A stretch of DNA of 64,000 bases, taken from positions 6,899-70,898 of the forward strand of contig PLZJ01000003.1 in NCBI GenBank assembly GCA_003152105.1. The letters are read 5' to 3'. Of the stretch, positions 16,285-25,645 are shown piece by piece (the first letter of the stretch is position 1; each line of letters starts with the position of its first letter). The DNA is from Candidatus Levyibacteriota bacterium. Its GTDB lineage: Bacteria; Patescibacteriota; Microgenomatia; Levybacterales; UBA12049. The notes under the pieces are model-generated. The model was not told the DNA's origin. It worked only from the letters and a program-made list of their open reading frames with translations, and did no database searches. The position numbers were made by a program, and so were the translations under genes.

Positions 16285-18744
16285 TTACGGAGTAGAACAT
16301 CCAAGAGGTGCTCCGTATTTTACATACGTTTCAGTTTGACCTGCACTACTCGTGTAGTAAAAATTCACATCATCAGTATATGTTGCAGTAATTTTGTTAT
16401 TCCCATTAACAAGTGGTAATGAAAATGTAGATACACCACTAGTGACTACTCCTGTTGCTACTTGAGAATGAAGTACTCCTGCATCATCAAGTATAGAAAT
16501 AGTAACGTGTCCGTTTGCTTTAGCAGGTCCACCAAAATTTTTGACTGTTACTGTTGCAAGAGGACATGTATTAGTACCCCCTGATCCAGCAGATGCTTTA
16601 ATGCTTGTTTGCGATGAGTCTTTTAAGATGGTTAGTACCACAGGTGAAGATGTGCTTGATTGATATGTAGCACTTGTAGGCGTAAATACCGCAGTTACTG
16701 TTTCAGTACCTGAAATAGTTGGATCTACAACTGTTGTGTCGGGAAGGGAAGACGTACACAAATTTGCTGTTTGGGTACTTTGTGTTATGTTTCTTATACC
16801 AAGTGTTTGACTTTTATCTTTAAAGATAATTGTACCAAGTGGTACTGTACCATCTGAGTTGGAAACTGTTGCATCATAACAGGTTGGGTAGTGTAGATTT
16901 AATGTGGTTGAAGAACTAAGATACGAAAGCGTAGTTGATGTCGTTGTAGTACTAACAGGTGCTTCCGATGTAAATGTCACAGGATTAGAAAGTTGTGCAA
17001 GATAATTTTGATCCCCTAAATATAATATTGTTACTTTATGTATTCCTTGTGTAAATAGCTGAGGTGGTATGGTAAATGTTCCATCAGATTGTATTGGAAA
17101 AATAGCCTCACTTGCTCCATTATCTTTTAACTGAATATTTCCTGTTGGAATAGATCCTGTATAAATCAGTTTTCCTAAAAGCGTAACTGGACTTGTCGTT
17201 GTAACCTGGAGTTGCGTTAGCGAAAGCAAAACTTGAGGAGTACTTTTTGCAGCCCAATTGGTAAAGAGAGTAATCACATCATGTCCAGCACCTCCTGGAT
17301 AATTTGCAGGAGCTTGTCCACTTGGAAATTCTGACGCGCATTCAGTAGGATCCCACGTCCAAGCAGTTGCTAAGTTGTGTATATTATTTGTACTAGCATG
17401 GCTAACTATTTGACTTGAACTTACAGAATCTCCAACCCATGGAACAAGTCCTATATTTCTTGTATTTAAGTAAGAGAAAAATACAGAAGCAATTGCAGGT
17501 CCAGTATCACATTGTGTTCCTGAGTAATCCCATTCTGTAGCAACCACAGGCGCAATTTTACTTAAATCTCCAAATTCAGTATTCCATATACAATTGCTCG
17601 TATTTGTTCCTGTGCACTTTGCAAGTTCATTTTTATCAACAACTTTAGTTGCCACATTGTTAATGGTTTTTGTTTTATTTAAATGGTCTTGAAACGTATA
17701 TGGATGCACTGCATATGCAATACCATATCCTGGATTTTCAATTGGTTCTGAGAGACAATATTGACAAGCAATACCAGCTGAGGAGGTTCCATTGCCAATA
17801 ATCCCATCAAACGTAACTGCTTTTTTCGGTCCATCAACAATCACAAGATTCCTTGCGCCAACAGAACGAATACCATTTAAAAGTGTTTGTTCATCACTTT
17901 GCCAAGTTGACCATTCACTTGCAGTTGGAGAAATTAACGGATCATTTGGAACACCATGCGTAAATCCAATATGTGGCTCATTATATAGTTCAAATACCAC
18001 TTTCTGGTCAGTTGCAAAAAGTGGGGCAAGATATTGCCATGCAGAAAGGGTAGTTGCAGTTGGACTTCCTGTATAAATATCAGTAAATGTTGAGGTAGCA
18101 GTCGAATGAATGTCGCATTTATTATGATCATCCATCCACATTGCAAGTATTGGCACAATATGTGCTGATTCTAAAAGCGATACATCACGCTCTAATTGAT
18201 ACGTATAATATTGTTGTTCTGTAAGATTCGTAGGCAGAGGTGGCGTAAATCCAGGATCAATTACACTTACAGCTGTGGTGTCATTTAGCGCACTCTCGTC
18301 AATTTGGAGTCTTATCGTATTTATGTGCCATGTGTTACGCAAAATTTGAAGCTCGTTGTTGCCATCACTATTATATAAATGAGCCTCGGCTTGTAACGGT
18401 TCCCCGAATGGATTTGATGCGCTTCCATATTTACAATCTGGCGTATTTCTTGAAGCTATCATATTTAAACCATGCATTACAAATGGTTGTTCATTAAAAA
18501 ACACGATATTATTTCTTGCTTGAATATAGCCTGCTACTTGCCAATTCGCAGTAAATGTAGGAAGAAGGGGAGCTTGTGCATTTTGCTCAAACTCTTGCCA
18601 TGTTAATACCCCAAAAGGTGTTGCAATAAGAAAAAAGAGTATGGTAAAAAGAGAATATCGTATTGCTTTTGGTAACTTCAGGAATGATTTTCTTGCTTTT
18701 TTTAGCAGTTCTGCTTTAGAGATTGTACTCACTTCATGTGCCAT
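16285..18744 (-). CDS. Membrane-anchored GH5 glycoside hydrolase with Ig-like (Big_3-type) domains
   Basis: INTIRL, VFELYNEP (acid/base), AYAVHPY and PVVATEW (nucleophile); Y.GD.NY Ig-like motif. Confidence 0.85.
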   Translation of the reverse strand: MAHEVSTISKAELLKKARKSFLKLPKAIRYSLFTILFFLIATPFGVLTWQEFEQNAQAPLLPTFTANWQVAGYIQARNNIVFFNEQPFVMHGLNMIASRNTPDCKYGSASNPFGEPLQAEAHLYNSDGNNELQILRNTWHINTIRLQIDESALNDTTAVSVIDPGFTPPLPTNLTEQQYYTYQLERDVSLLESAHIVPILAMWMDDHNKCDIHSTATSTFTDIYTGSPTATTLSAWQYLAPLFATDQKVVFELYNEPHIGFTHGVPNDPLISPTASEWSTWQSDEQTLLNGIRSVGARNLVIVDGPKKAVTFDGIIGNGTSSAGIACQYCLSEPIENPGYGIAYAVHPYTFQDHLNKTKTINNVATKVVDKNELAKCTGTNTSNCIWNTEFGDLSKIAPVVATEWDYSGTQCDTGPAIASVFFSYLNTRNIGLVPWVGDSVSSSQIVSHASTNNIHNLATAWTWDPTECASEFPSGQAPANYPGGAGHDVITLFTNWAAKSTPQVLLSLTQLQVTTTSPVTLLGKLIYTGSIPTGNIQLKDNGASEAIFPIQSDGTFTIPPQLFTQGIHKVTILYLGDQNYLAQLSNPVTFTSEAPVSTTTTSTTLSYLSSSTTLNLHYPTCYDATVSNSDGTVPLGTIIFKDKSQTLGIRNITQSTQTANLCTSSLPDTTVVDPTISGTETVTAVFTPTSATYQSSTSSPVVLTILKDSSQTSIKASAGSGGTNTCPLATVTVKNFGGPAKANGHVTISILDDAGVLHSQVATGVVTSGVSTFSLPLVNGNNKITATYTDDVNFYYTSSAGQTETYVKYGAPLGCSTP

Positions 18745-18840
18745 ATCTATAAAATAGTATGTGGGAAAAATAATCACATGTCAAATAGAGGAGCTATTGT
18801 AATATTTCTAATAAATGCATTTTTTTGCTATAGTTAAAGA

Positions 18841-19407
18841 ATGAGTAGAACTGAGGCATATCTTATTTTAACAAAATATTTGAAAAACCCAAACTTATTA
18901 AAACATTCTTTAGCGTGCGAAGCAGCAATGAAAATGATTTACAAAAAAATTACGCAACCTCCATATGACCCAGACGTAGAACAAATGTGGGGAATAACCG
19001 GACTTTTGCACGATGCAGATTATGAAATGACAGCTGGTAAACCAGAAATTCATGGCATATATTTATTTCAAAAAGAACCAATGATTCCCAAAGATATTGA
19101 ATATGCAATTAAAGCACATAATCCTAGAACCAGTATTACTCCTAAATCACAAATGGACTGGGCGATTCGAACCGTAGATCAATTAACTGGCCTCATAGTT
19201 GCAGCGACGCTTGTTCATCCTGATAAGAAATTAGCCAGCATTACCCCTGAGTTTGTATTAAATAGATTACATGAAAAAACATTTGCAAAAGGAGCAGATA
19301 GAACACAGATGAAACTGTGTGAGGAAAAACTGGGAATTCCACTCAATGAATTTGTGGCAATTACTCTTTTGGCAATGCAAGGCATAAGTAATGACCTTCA
19401 TCTTTGA
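18841..19407 (+). CDS. HD-domain phosphohydrolase
   Basis: KHSLA...GLLHDADYE...HG...AIKAH...DQLTG; FAKGADR. Confidence 0.85.
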   Translation: MSRTEAYLILTKYLKNPNLLKHSLACEAAMKMIYKKITQPPYDPDVEQMWGITGLLHDADYEMTAGKPEIHGIYLFQKEPMIPKDIEYAIKAHNPRTSITPKSQMDWAIRTVDQLTGLIVAATLVHPDKKLASITPEFVLNRLHEKTFAKGADRTQMKLCEEKLGIPLNEFVAITLLAMQGISNDLHL

Positions 19408-19413
19408 TATTAT

Positions 19414-21417
19414 CTACGGTGCTACTTCTTGCCAAATATAATTTGTTCTACTGAGCGTAAATGGTGATTGATTAAGAATATTATTTATGTAAAAATCCGC
19501 TCTTTCATCAACAGTAAATACTGGAGAATTTTGATTACCATCTAAAAGTGTTCTTTCGTTAAAAAAGTCATATTTTGCAGGGTCTAATTGTTGGTCCGTA
19601 TATTTATAATTTCCATTTGCATTTGTAAGAACTGAACCGCCAATATTTAACTGATTATCAGGAACAAACAATCCTGACAATGAATTACCGCATTCTGATT
19701 GATATGGTGTATCAAATAACGATGCGATATAAAATTGGTCCGTCGAATACGTTCCTTCAATATCACAACTTTCATGTCCGTTTCCACAAGTTACAAGTAA
19801 AGCCCCTGGATCTTGATAACTGCCTTTTGGTTCGCCAACATTTCCGCATACTACTGTTTTCTGATTTACTACAAATGTTAATGTTGCGGAAGGATCAACT
19901 AAAATTTTATTTTTAATAAAGAAATTACCGTTTACAAGTATTGTATAGTGTCCATTATTTGAAAGACGGATACTGCCTCTTTGTGCAACGTTTCCATTAA
20001 TTTGAAATAATCCAGTAGTATAATTGTTGAAAATAGAATTTAAACAATCAGTTCCTCCAACTCCAATGTCACAATTTGAATACGTAGCTGTTGGACTAAG
20101 CTGTCCATTGGAGATTAATTTACTATAATTAGTATAAGAAGTTGTCAGATAAGATCTATTTGTATTAAAAAAGTTCTCTGCAAACGAATCTCCTCCTGCT
20201 AACCAATTATCAGTTCCGCCTTGATTTCCAATTTGAGCAGGAGCAATTGGGGCAAAACCACCGCTAAATAATATGCCGTTGCTTGTACTATTTGATGACC
20301 CTGAGTTATTTGGGTAATTACCAATATACATTATCGGTTGACCAGAAGAAGGATTATCATTTACCCCTGCATCAACTCTTGCGTCAGAACCACCAATTGA
20401 ATACCAAGGAGTATAACAAGTAGATATTATTTTATCCAATTCATTTTGCAAATTATTTCGATTTGCTGCGTTATATTCATAACTATTATTTAATGCTTGT
20501 ATTTTTTGGAAAAATACTAAATTTTGACCACCTAACCCACCACTTGGATCTCCATACCCAAATAAATCATAGAGAATTTGTGGCGTTCCATTTTTATTTC
20601 CATTTGGAGTTGCATTATTATTTATTTCAGTATAGGTTTGATCATCAGCTCGTGGCCAAAACGTTGAAAAATCAGTTGAAGCCGTCCATTTATCTGGTTC
20701 AAAAGGATTTGTTAAAAATGGAGGAAAATATGGAGCTGGAGCCCAAAATGTATAAGGCGGATTTCCATATTGCGGATTTATGCTATTAAAACCTACATTT
20801 GCATCTCCATCTGAAAGCATGATAACTACATGCGTATATCCATCAGTTAAATTGTTTAACATTTTATCAGCTAAAATAGCACCTCCTACGGCAAATGTTC
20901 CAAATCGTAACTTACTTAAATTGTTATCAATATTTACTAAGTCTTTATTTACTGCAACAGCATTATTTATTGGCTCAACTACGCTCGTGCCTACATCCGG
21001 ATTTTGCTGCCCAGATCCTAAGTTTTCTGTATATTCGTCACCTGGAATCTCATCAACTATGTCGCTGCCTCTTTTTGTATTTAAACCACTCATTCTGACA
21101 ATACCAATATTAACGGCTACTTTATTTGTAGAGGAAGACTTTGAAGCTTTTGTAACAAATGACTTAATAGCAGTAATAACATTATCAATTCTTTTCTGTC
21201 CATTACCACCATCGCATGCATTCATGCTATCATCGCATGCATTCATGCTATTTGAGGTGTCAACTAAAAAGACAACATCTGCAGTACAGGACGATCCGCC
21301 ACCTCCTCCGCCTCCAATGATGAGAGCGTCTTCTTTTTGAGGTTGTAAAATAAAAAGACCTATTACTAATACACAAAGTATTGCACTAATTCTTGCGATT
21401 AGTTTTATGGCAGACAT
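19414..21417 (-). CDS. Secreted VWA-domain protein (PilY1/adhesin-like)
   Basis: DVVFLVDTSNSM MIDAS motif and VVIMLSDG; N-terminal TM; C-terminal WQEVAP. Confidence 0.75.
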   Translation of the reverse strand: MSAIKLIARISAILCVLVIGLFILQPQKEDALIIGGGGGGGSSCTADVVFLVDTSNSMNACDDSMNACDGGNGQKRIDNVITAIKSFVTKASKSSSTNKVAVNIGIVRMSGLNTKRGSDIVDEIPGDEYTENLGSGQQNPDVGTSVVEPINNAVAVNKDLVNIDNNLSKLRFGTFAVGGAILADKMLNNLTDGYTHVVIMLSDGDANVGFNSINPQYGNPPYTFWAPAPYFPPFLTNPFEPDKWTASTDFSTFWPRADDQTYTEINNNATPNGNKNGTPQILYDLFGYGDPSGGLGGQNLVFFQKIQALNNSYEYNAANRNNLQNELDKIISTCYTPWYSIGGSDARVDAGVNDNPSSGQPIMYIGNYPNNSGSSNSTSNGILFSGGFAPIAPAQIGNQGGTDNWLAGGDSFAENFFNTNRSYLTTSYTNYSKLISNGQLSPTATYSNCDIGVGGTDCLNSIFNNYTTGLFQINGNVAQRGSIRLSNNGHYTILVNGNFFIKNKILVDPSATLTFVVNQKTVVCGNVGEPKGSYQDPGALLVTCGNGHESCDIEGTYSTDQFYIASLFDTPYQSECGNSLSGLFVPDNQLNIGGSVLTNANGNYKYTDQQLDPAKYDFFNERTLLDGNQNSPVFTVDERADFYINNILNQSPFTLSRTNYIWQEVAP
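21210..21251. repeat. Exact 21-nt tandem duplication inside the VWA gene
   Basis: CATCGCATGCATTCATGCTAT x2, encoding SMNACDD/SMNACDG. Confidence 0.95.
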
Positions 21418-21608
21418 AGTAAAATCATATGATGATTACTTGTAGTTTGTCAAGAAGGTTGGAAAGGACGTTAGGTACAGGGAAAGGCGCAATGCCAAGA
21501 AAACAAAAAAATTGAGATTATGAACAAGCTAGTTGCTTGACAAACCGCATTTTTTTGCAATCTTTTGTACCTAACGCACTACTTAACCCGATCAGGTCGA
21601 CTTACCGG

Positions 21609-22322
21609 TTACCGGTTCCATTTCGGGCAGTAGTATAGATCCCACGTCGTAGAAACCTTATGGCCTGGCTTGTACCACGAAGGGTTCGTGACACTATTGA
21701 TGTTGTAAAGACCGCCGGCCTTTGGAGTTTTGAGCGTCGTCTTTGATCCCTTGTATTGGAAGTGACTACCGATCGTGTTTGGCAAATCAGCGTAAATCCA
21801 GTACTTTGGAAGACCACCGACGAGTTTGGCTACTGCTTTCATGTTCGAAATTGACGGACAATTCGATGGTTGAGCAGGATGTTGATATGCGCACGTGAAT
21901 TGGGCTTGTGACTCCATTCGCTTGACACCAGGTGGGTCGATTCTGTAAAGAAGCAGATCATGGTCCAGCTTTGGTTTGAGATATGCTCCAAACAGTGTTC
22001 CGACCGAAGCGGCAGGTGCAGTGAGGGCAACCTTTGTCGTAGCGTTTGGGTTATTGATGTCAGAATAGAAATCCCACATCAGTATGTTAGTTGAAGGATC
22101 TCCATTGTTTTCCCAATCATACTCAGTTCCACCAACCGTAGATGCTGGAGTTGAGGTAGTATTGTTACTCTGACAATACGTTGGCGACTGCGACTTAGAT
22201 GAAAGAACAACTTGTGCTTGCTGCGAAACGTGCCGGGCGCTAGCGATAGTGCTTGGAAACGTAATGGCAACAAGTGTCAAAGCGATGAAAGCGCAAAACG
22301 ATGCGATAAATCTGTTGTACAC
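21609..22322 (-). CDS. Hypothetical secreted protein (cassette 2 cargo)
   Basis: GTG start with AAGGAG Shine-Dalgarno; signal peptide ending ASA-R; visibly GC-richer than neighbours. Confidence 0.75.
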   Translation of the reverse strand: MYNRFIASFCAFIALTLVAITFPSTIASARHVSQQAQVVLSSKSQSPTYCQSNNTTSTPASTVGGTEYDWENNGDPSTNILMWDFYSDINNPNATTKVALTAPAASVGTLFGAYLKPKLDHDLLLYRIDPPGVKRMESQAQFTCAYQHPAQPSNCPSISNMKAVAKLVGGLPKYWIYADLPNTIGSHFQYKGSKTTLKTPKAGGLYNINSVTNPSWYKPGHKVSTTWDLYYCPKWNR

Positions 22323-22568
22323 GTATTACTCCTTTTTGTTTTTTGAGACGTTGCTTAAGTAGTGGCTATAAGATGTGTGTATCGTTGGTCTCCTTGGGTT
22401 TTTTTGGTGCTGGACGGAAAAACAAGAAACAATTACTATATGCGTTCATTTCTTAACTTTTCGCCCAGTACCAATTGTTAGAATACAAATTTCCCTGTAC
22501 TTTTTAATGTGCAAAAAGCTTTTGGAACGCAGGTCAAACAGCTCTTGTTTGCATGTATTGAAAAAGCA
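22323..22568 (-). ncRNA. Structured ~245-nt 5' leader with the RNA motif shared with 8323-8390
   Basis: CAAACA-AGAGC-TGTTTG-AC-C-TGCGTTC-C-AAAAGCT; long hairpin TGGTACTGGGCG/CGTCCAGCACCA; 11-nt and 10-nt segments complementary to the 3' trailer. Confidence 0.65.
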
Positions 22569-22573
22569 ATACT

Positions 22574-22601
22574 ATTATACCATAAAATGCAAGCTAAGCA
22601 A
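22574..22601 (-). promoter_or_regulatory. Sigma70 promoter of cassette 2
   Basis: TTGCTT, 16-nt spacer, extended -10 TGgTATAAT. Confidence 0.7.
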
Positions 22602-22740
22602 TACTTATAGGCTTATTGCTCAGTAAGAGATAGTAACGAAGTAATCTCTTTATGTAATAAATATCTTATGCCAATAAGTTAATTACTATTTTTGTTTGCT
22701 ATCTTTTGTCAACATGATTTTTTTGCTATAGTTTACCTAT

Positions 22741-24483
22741 ATGAAATCAAATGATTTGGAACTTGCTAATTTGCGTCATTCTGCCGCTCATTTACTTGCA
22801 GCATCTGTTTTATCTCTTTATCCACATGCAAAAAATGCAATAGGTCCTTCAATTGAACATGGGTTTTATCAAGACTTTGATTTTGGTGAAGTAAAACTGT
22901 CAGAAGATGATTTTCCTAAAATTGAGAAAAAAATGCACGAACTGGTGAAAACCTGGACTGGATTTGCAAAAAGTGAAATGACAAAAGAAGAAGCACTTGC
23001 AAAATATCCCTTGAATGAATACAAACGGGAACTCATTGAAGAAATTGCAAAAAATGGAAAATCAATTTCATTTTATAAAAGTGGCGACTTTTTAGATCTA
23101 TGTAAAGGCGGACACATAGAAAATCCATCTTCGTCTCTTTTGTATTTTACCTTACTTTCCATTGCAGGTGCATATTGGCGCGGTAATGAGAAAAATAAAA
23201 TGCTAACACGCATTTATGGAACTGCATTTTTTACGCAAAAAGAACTTGATGATTATCTTACTATGCTTTCGCAAGCAAAAAAAAGAGACCATCGGAAAAT
23301 TGGCAAAGAATTAGATCTTTTTGTTTTTTCAGATCTTGTTGGGGCAGGACTACCTTTGTTTACGCCAAAAGGTACAGTTCTTCGAGAAGAACTCATCGCT
23401 TTTTCTGAAAAATTACAAAAAAAACATGGCTATCAAAAAGTGTGGATTCCGCATATTACAAAAGTCGATTTATATAAAAAATCAGGCCATTTTGATAAAT
23501 TTGGCGATGAACTCTTTCAAGTAAAAAGTCAAGAGACAACTGATAAATTTGTCTTAAAACCAATGAATTGCCCACACCATATTCAAATATATGCATCTCG
23601 TCCAAGAAGCTATAAAGAACTTCCCATAAGATACATGGAAACAACCGTACAGTATAGAGACGAAAAGGCAGGGGAAATGCTAGGACTTTCTCGAGTTCGT
23701 GCAATTTCAATAGATGATTCACATGTATTTTGTAGCTTAGATCACGTTGAGGAAGAGTTTGCAAAAGTATTATCAATGGTAAAAGAACTCTACACAGCGC
23801 TTGGACTATCTTATACTGCAAGGCTTTCTTTTCGAGATGAAAGCGATAAGTATCTTGGAGAGAAAAAAGATTGGGATCATGCACAAAACGCCATTGAAAA
23901 AATTGCAAAAGAAGAAAAACTTCCTTATACAATCGCGCTTGGAGAAGCAGCATTTTATGGTCCAAAAATTGACATAATGGTTGTTGATGCGCTTGGAAGA
24001 GAATGGCAATGTGCAACTGCACAACTTGATTTTATTCAACCAAAACGATTTGAACTTACCTATGTTGATAATGATGGGAAAGAAAAAACACCTGTGATGG
24101 TACATAAAGCACTCCTTGGTTCAATTGAGCGATTTTTGTCAGTATACATTGAACATACTGAAGGAAAATTTCCATTATGGCTTTCTCCGGTGCAAATCAT
24201 ACTCCTTCCCATAGCAGAAAGACATGAAATTTATGCAGAAACAATCGCACAAATGTGCAAAGAAAAAGGCATTAGAGTATCAGTTGATAACCGAAATGAA
24301 TCGCTTCGCGCAAAAATTCGAGATGCAACGTTGCAGAAAATTCCTCTTTTAGGTATAATAGGTGACGAGGAAACGGCAGAAAATAAAATTGCTGTCCGGG
24401 AAAGGAACGGAAATGACTTGGGTAAACTAAGCGTTTCAGACTTTCTCCAAAAAATTTTAGACGACATTGATAAAAAGGTATAA
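22741..24483 (+). CDS. thrS: Threonine--tRNA ligase
   Basis: RHSAAHL, DLCKGGH, RDHRKIG, KPMNCP and AAFYGPKID motifs. Confidence 0.98.
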   Translation: MKSNDLELANLRHSAAHLLAASVLSLYPHAKNAIGPSIEHGFYQDFDFGEVKLSEDDFPKIEKKMHELVKTWTGFAKSEMTKEEALAKYPLNEYKRELIEEIAKNGKSISFYKSGDFLDLCKGGHIENPSSSLLYFTLLSIAGAYWRGNEKNKMLTRIYGTAFFTQKELDDYLTMLSQAKKRDHRKIGKELDLFVFSDLVGAGLPLFTPKGTVLREELIAFSEKLQKKHGYQKVWIPHITKVDLYKKSGHFDKFGDELFQVKSQETTDKFVLKPMNCPHHIQIYASRPRSYKELPIRYMETTVQYRDEKAGEMLGLSRVRAISIDDSHVFCSLDHVEEEFAKVLSMVKELYTALGLSYTARLSFRDESDKYLGEKKDWDHAQNAIEKIAKEEKLPYTIALGEAAFYGPKIDIMVVDALGREWQCATAQLDFIQPKRFELTYVDNDGKEKTPVMVHKALLGSIERFLSVYIEHTEGKFPLWLSPVQIILLPIAERHEIYAETIAQMCKEKGIRVSVDNRNESLRAKIRDATLQKIPLLGIIGDEETAENKIAVRERNGNDLGKLSVSDFLQKILDDIDKKV

Positions 24484-25057
24484 GAAAAAACAAGACAATA
24501 GGAAATTTTATCGTATCAACGATAGAATTTATGCCAATTCGCTTAGAGTACTAGATGCCGAAGGTAAGCAAATTGGTATTTTTAGTAGAAATGATGCACT
24601 GCGCCAATCACGTGATGCTAATCTTGATCTTGTTGAAATTGCTCCGCAGGCAAGTCCTCCGGTTGCAAAGATAATTGATTACAACAAATTCTTATATCAA
24701 GAAGAGAAAAAGAAACGGGAAGAGAAAAAAAACGCAAAGGCAAGCGAAACAAAAGAAATTAGACTTGGACCATTTATGAATGATCATGATTTAGAAGTCA
24801 TGATAAGACGAGGACGAGAATTTCTAGAAGATAGTGATAAGGTAAGATTTGTTTTGAAATTTATAGGAAGACAAATTGTGCACCCAGAATTTGGACAAGA
24901 AGTAATGAATAAAGTAATTCATTCACTCTCTGATATATCCAAAATAGAAAGGGAACCACATTTTGAAGGAAAACAATTAGTAGCACTAGTTGTTCCAGAA
25001 AGGAAAAAAACACATGCCAAAACAGAAGACACACAAAGGGATAGCGAAACGATTTAA
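24467..25057 (+). CDS. infC: Translation initiation factor IF-3 (non-AUG start)
   Basis: RINDRI, LDLVEIAPQASPPVAKIIDY and KEIRL; lies between thrS and rpmI; only TTG/ATA are available as start codons. Confidence 0.95.
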   Translation: MIKRYKKKQDNRKFYRINDRIYANSLRVLDAEGKQIGIFSRNDALRQSRDANLDLVEIAPQASPPVAKIIDYNKFLYQEEKKKREEKKNAKASETKEIRLGPFMNDHDLEVMIRRGREFLEDSDKVRFVLKFIGRQIVHPEFGQEVMNKVIHSLSDISKIEREPHFEGKQLVALVVPERKKTHAKTEDTQRDSETI

Positions 25058-25208
25058 GTTGACCAAAACAGGAAAACTCATGTTTTCTCATCAAAATCAA
25101 CAACATCATAAACTTGTCCGAAATAAAAGACGAACAAGAAGAGGTAAAGAACCAGGAGTATTAACTGGTGTTTTTGCTAAAAAACTAAAACGCGCACTTA
25201 GCGCATAA
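25014..25208 (+). CDS. rpmI: 50S ribosomal protein L35
   Basis: MPKQKTHKGIAKRFKLTKTGK. Confidence 0.97.
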   Translation: MPKQKTHKGIAKRFKLTKTGKLMFSHQNQQHHKLVRNKRRTRRGKEPGVLTGVFAKKLKRALSA

Positions 25209-25212
25209 TTAT

Positions 25213-25563
25213 ATGGCAAGAGTTAAAAGAGGCGTTGTATCAAAACGCAGACATAATAAATTACAAGATTTAACAAAAGGTCATCGCGGAAGTAGAAACC
25301 GATTAATTCGTGTTGCAAAAGAATCGTCACTTCATGCAGATGCATATGCTTTTCATGGAAGAAAACTTCGAAAACGAGATTTTCGTTCGTTATGGATTGT
25401 GCGTATTTCAGAAGCAGCAAAAATTGAAGGCATTTCTTATAGCGTTTTGATGAATAAGTTAAAAAAAGGAAATGTTACCTTAGATAGAAAAATACTCGCA
25501 GATCTTATTGTTTCTGATCGAGAAACCTTTACAAAAGTAGTAAACGCAGTTAAAAGCCTCTAA
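25213..25563 (+). CDS. rplT: 50S ribosomal protein L20
   Basis: MARVKRG...RKRDFRSLWIVRI...LDRKILADL. Confidence 0.98.
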   Translation: MARVKRGVVSKRRHNKLQDLTKGHRGSRNRLIRVAKESSLHADAYAFHGRKLRKRDFRSLWIVRISEAAKIEGISYSVLMNKLKKGNVTLDRKILADLIVSDRETFTKVVNAVKSL

Positions 25564-25645
25564 GTAGATACATTGCTATACCCCAAAACTTACAGAGTGA
25601 AATTACACGTAAAATCTGTTATTCTAAAAAGTACCAAACGTATCT

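Noticed and set aside
21469-21576. Integron attC site (GTTAGGT / ACCTAAC boxes)
   Set aside because: The boxes are in the reverse order to attC (RYYYAAC...GTTRRRY) on both strands, and there is no integrase or cassette array.
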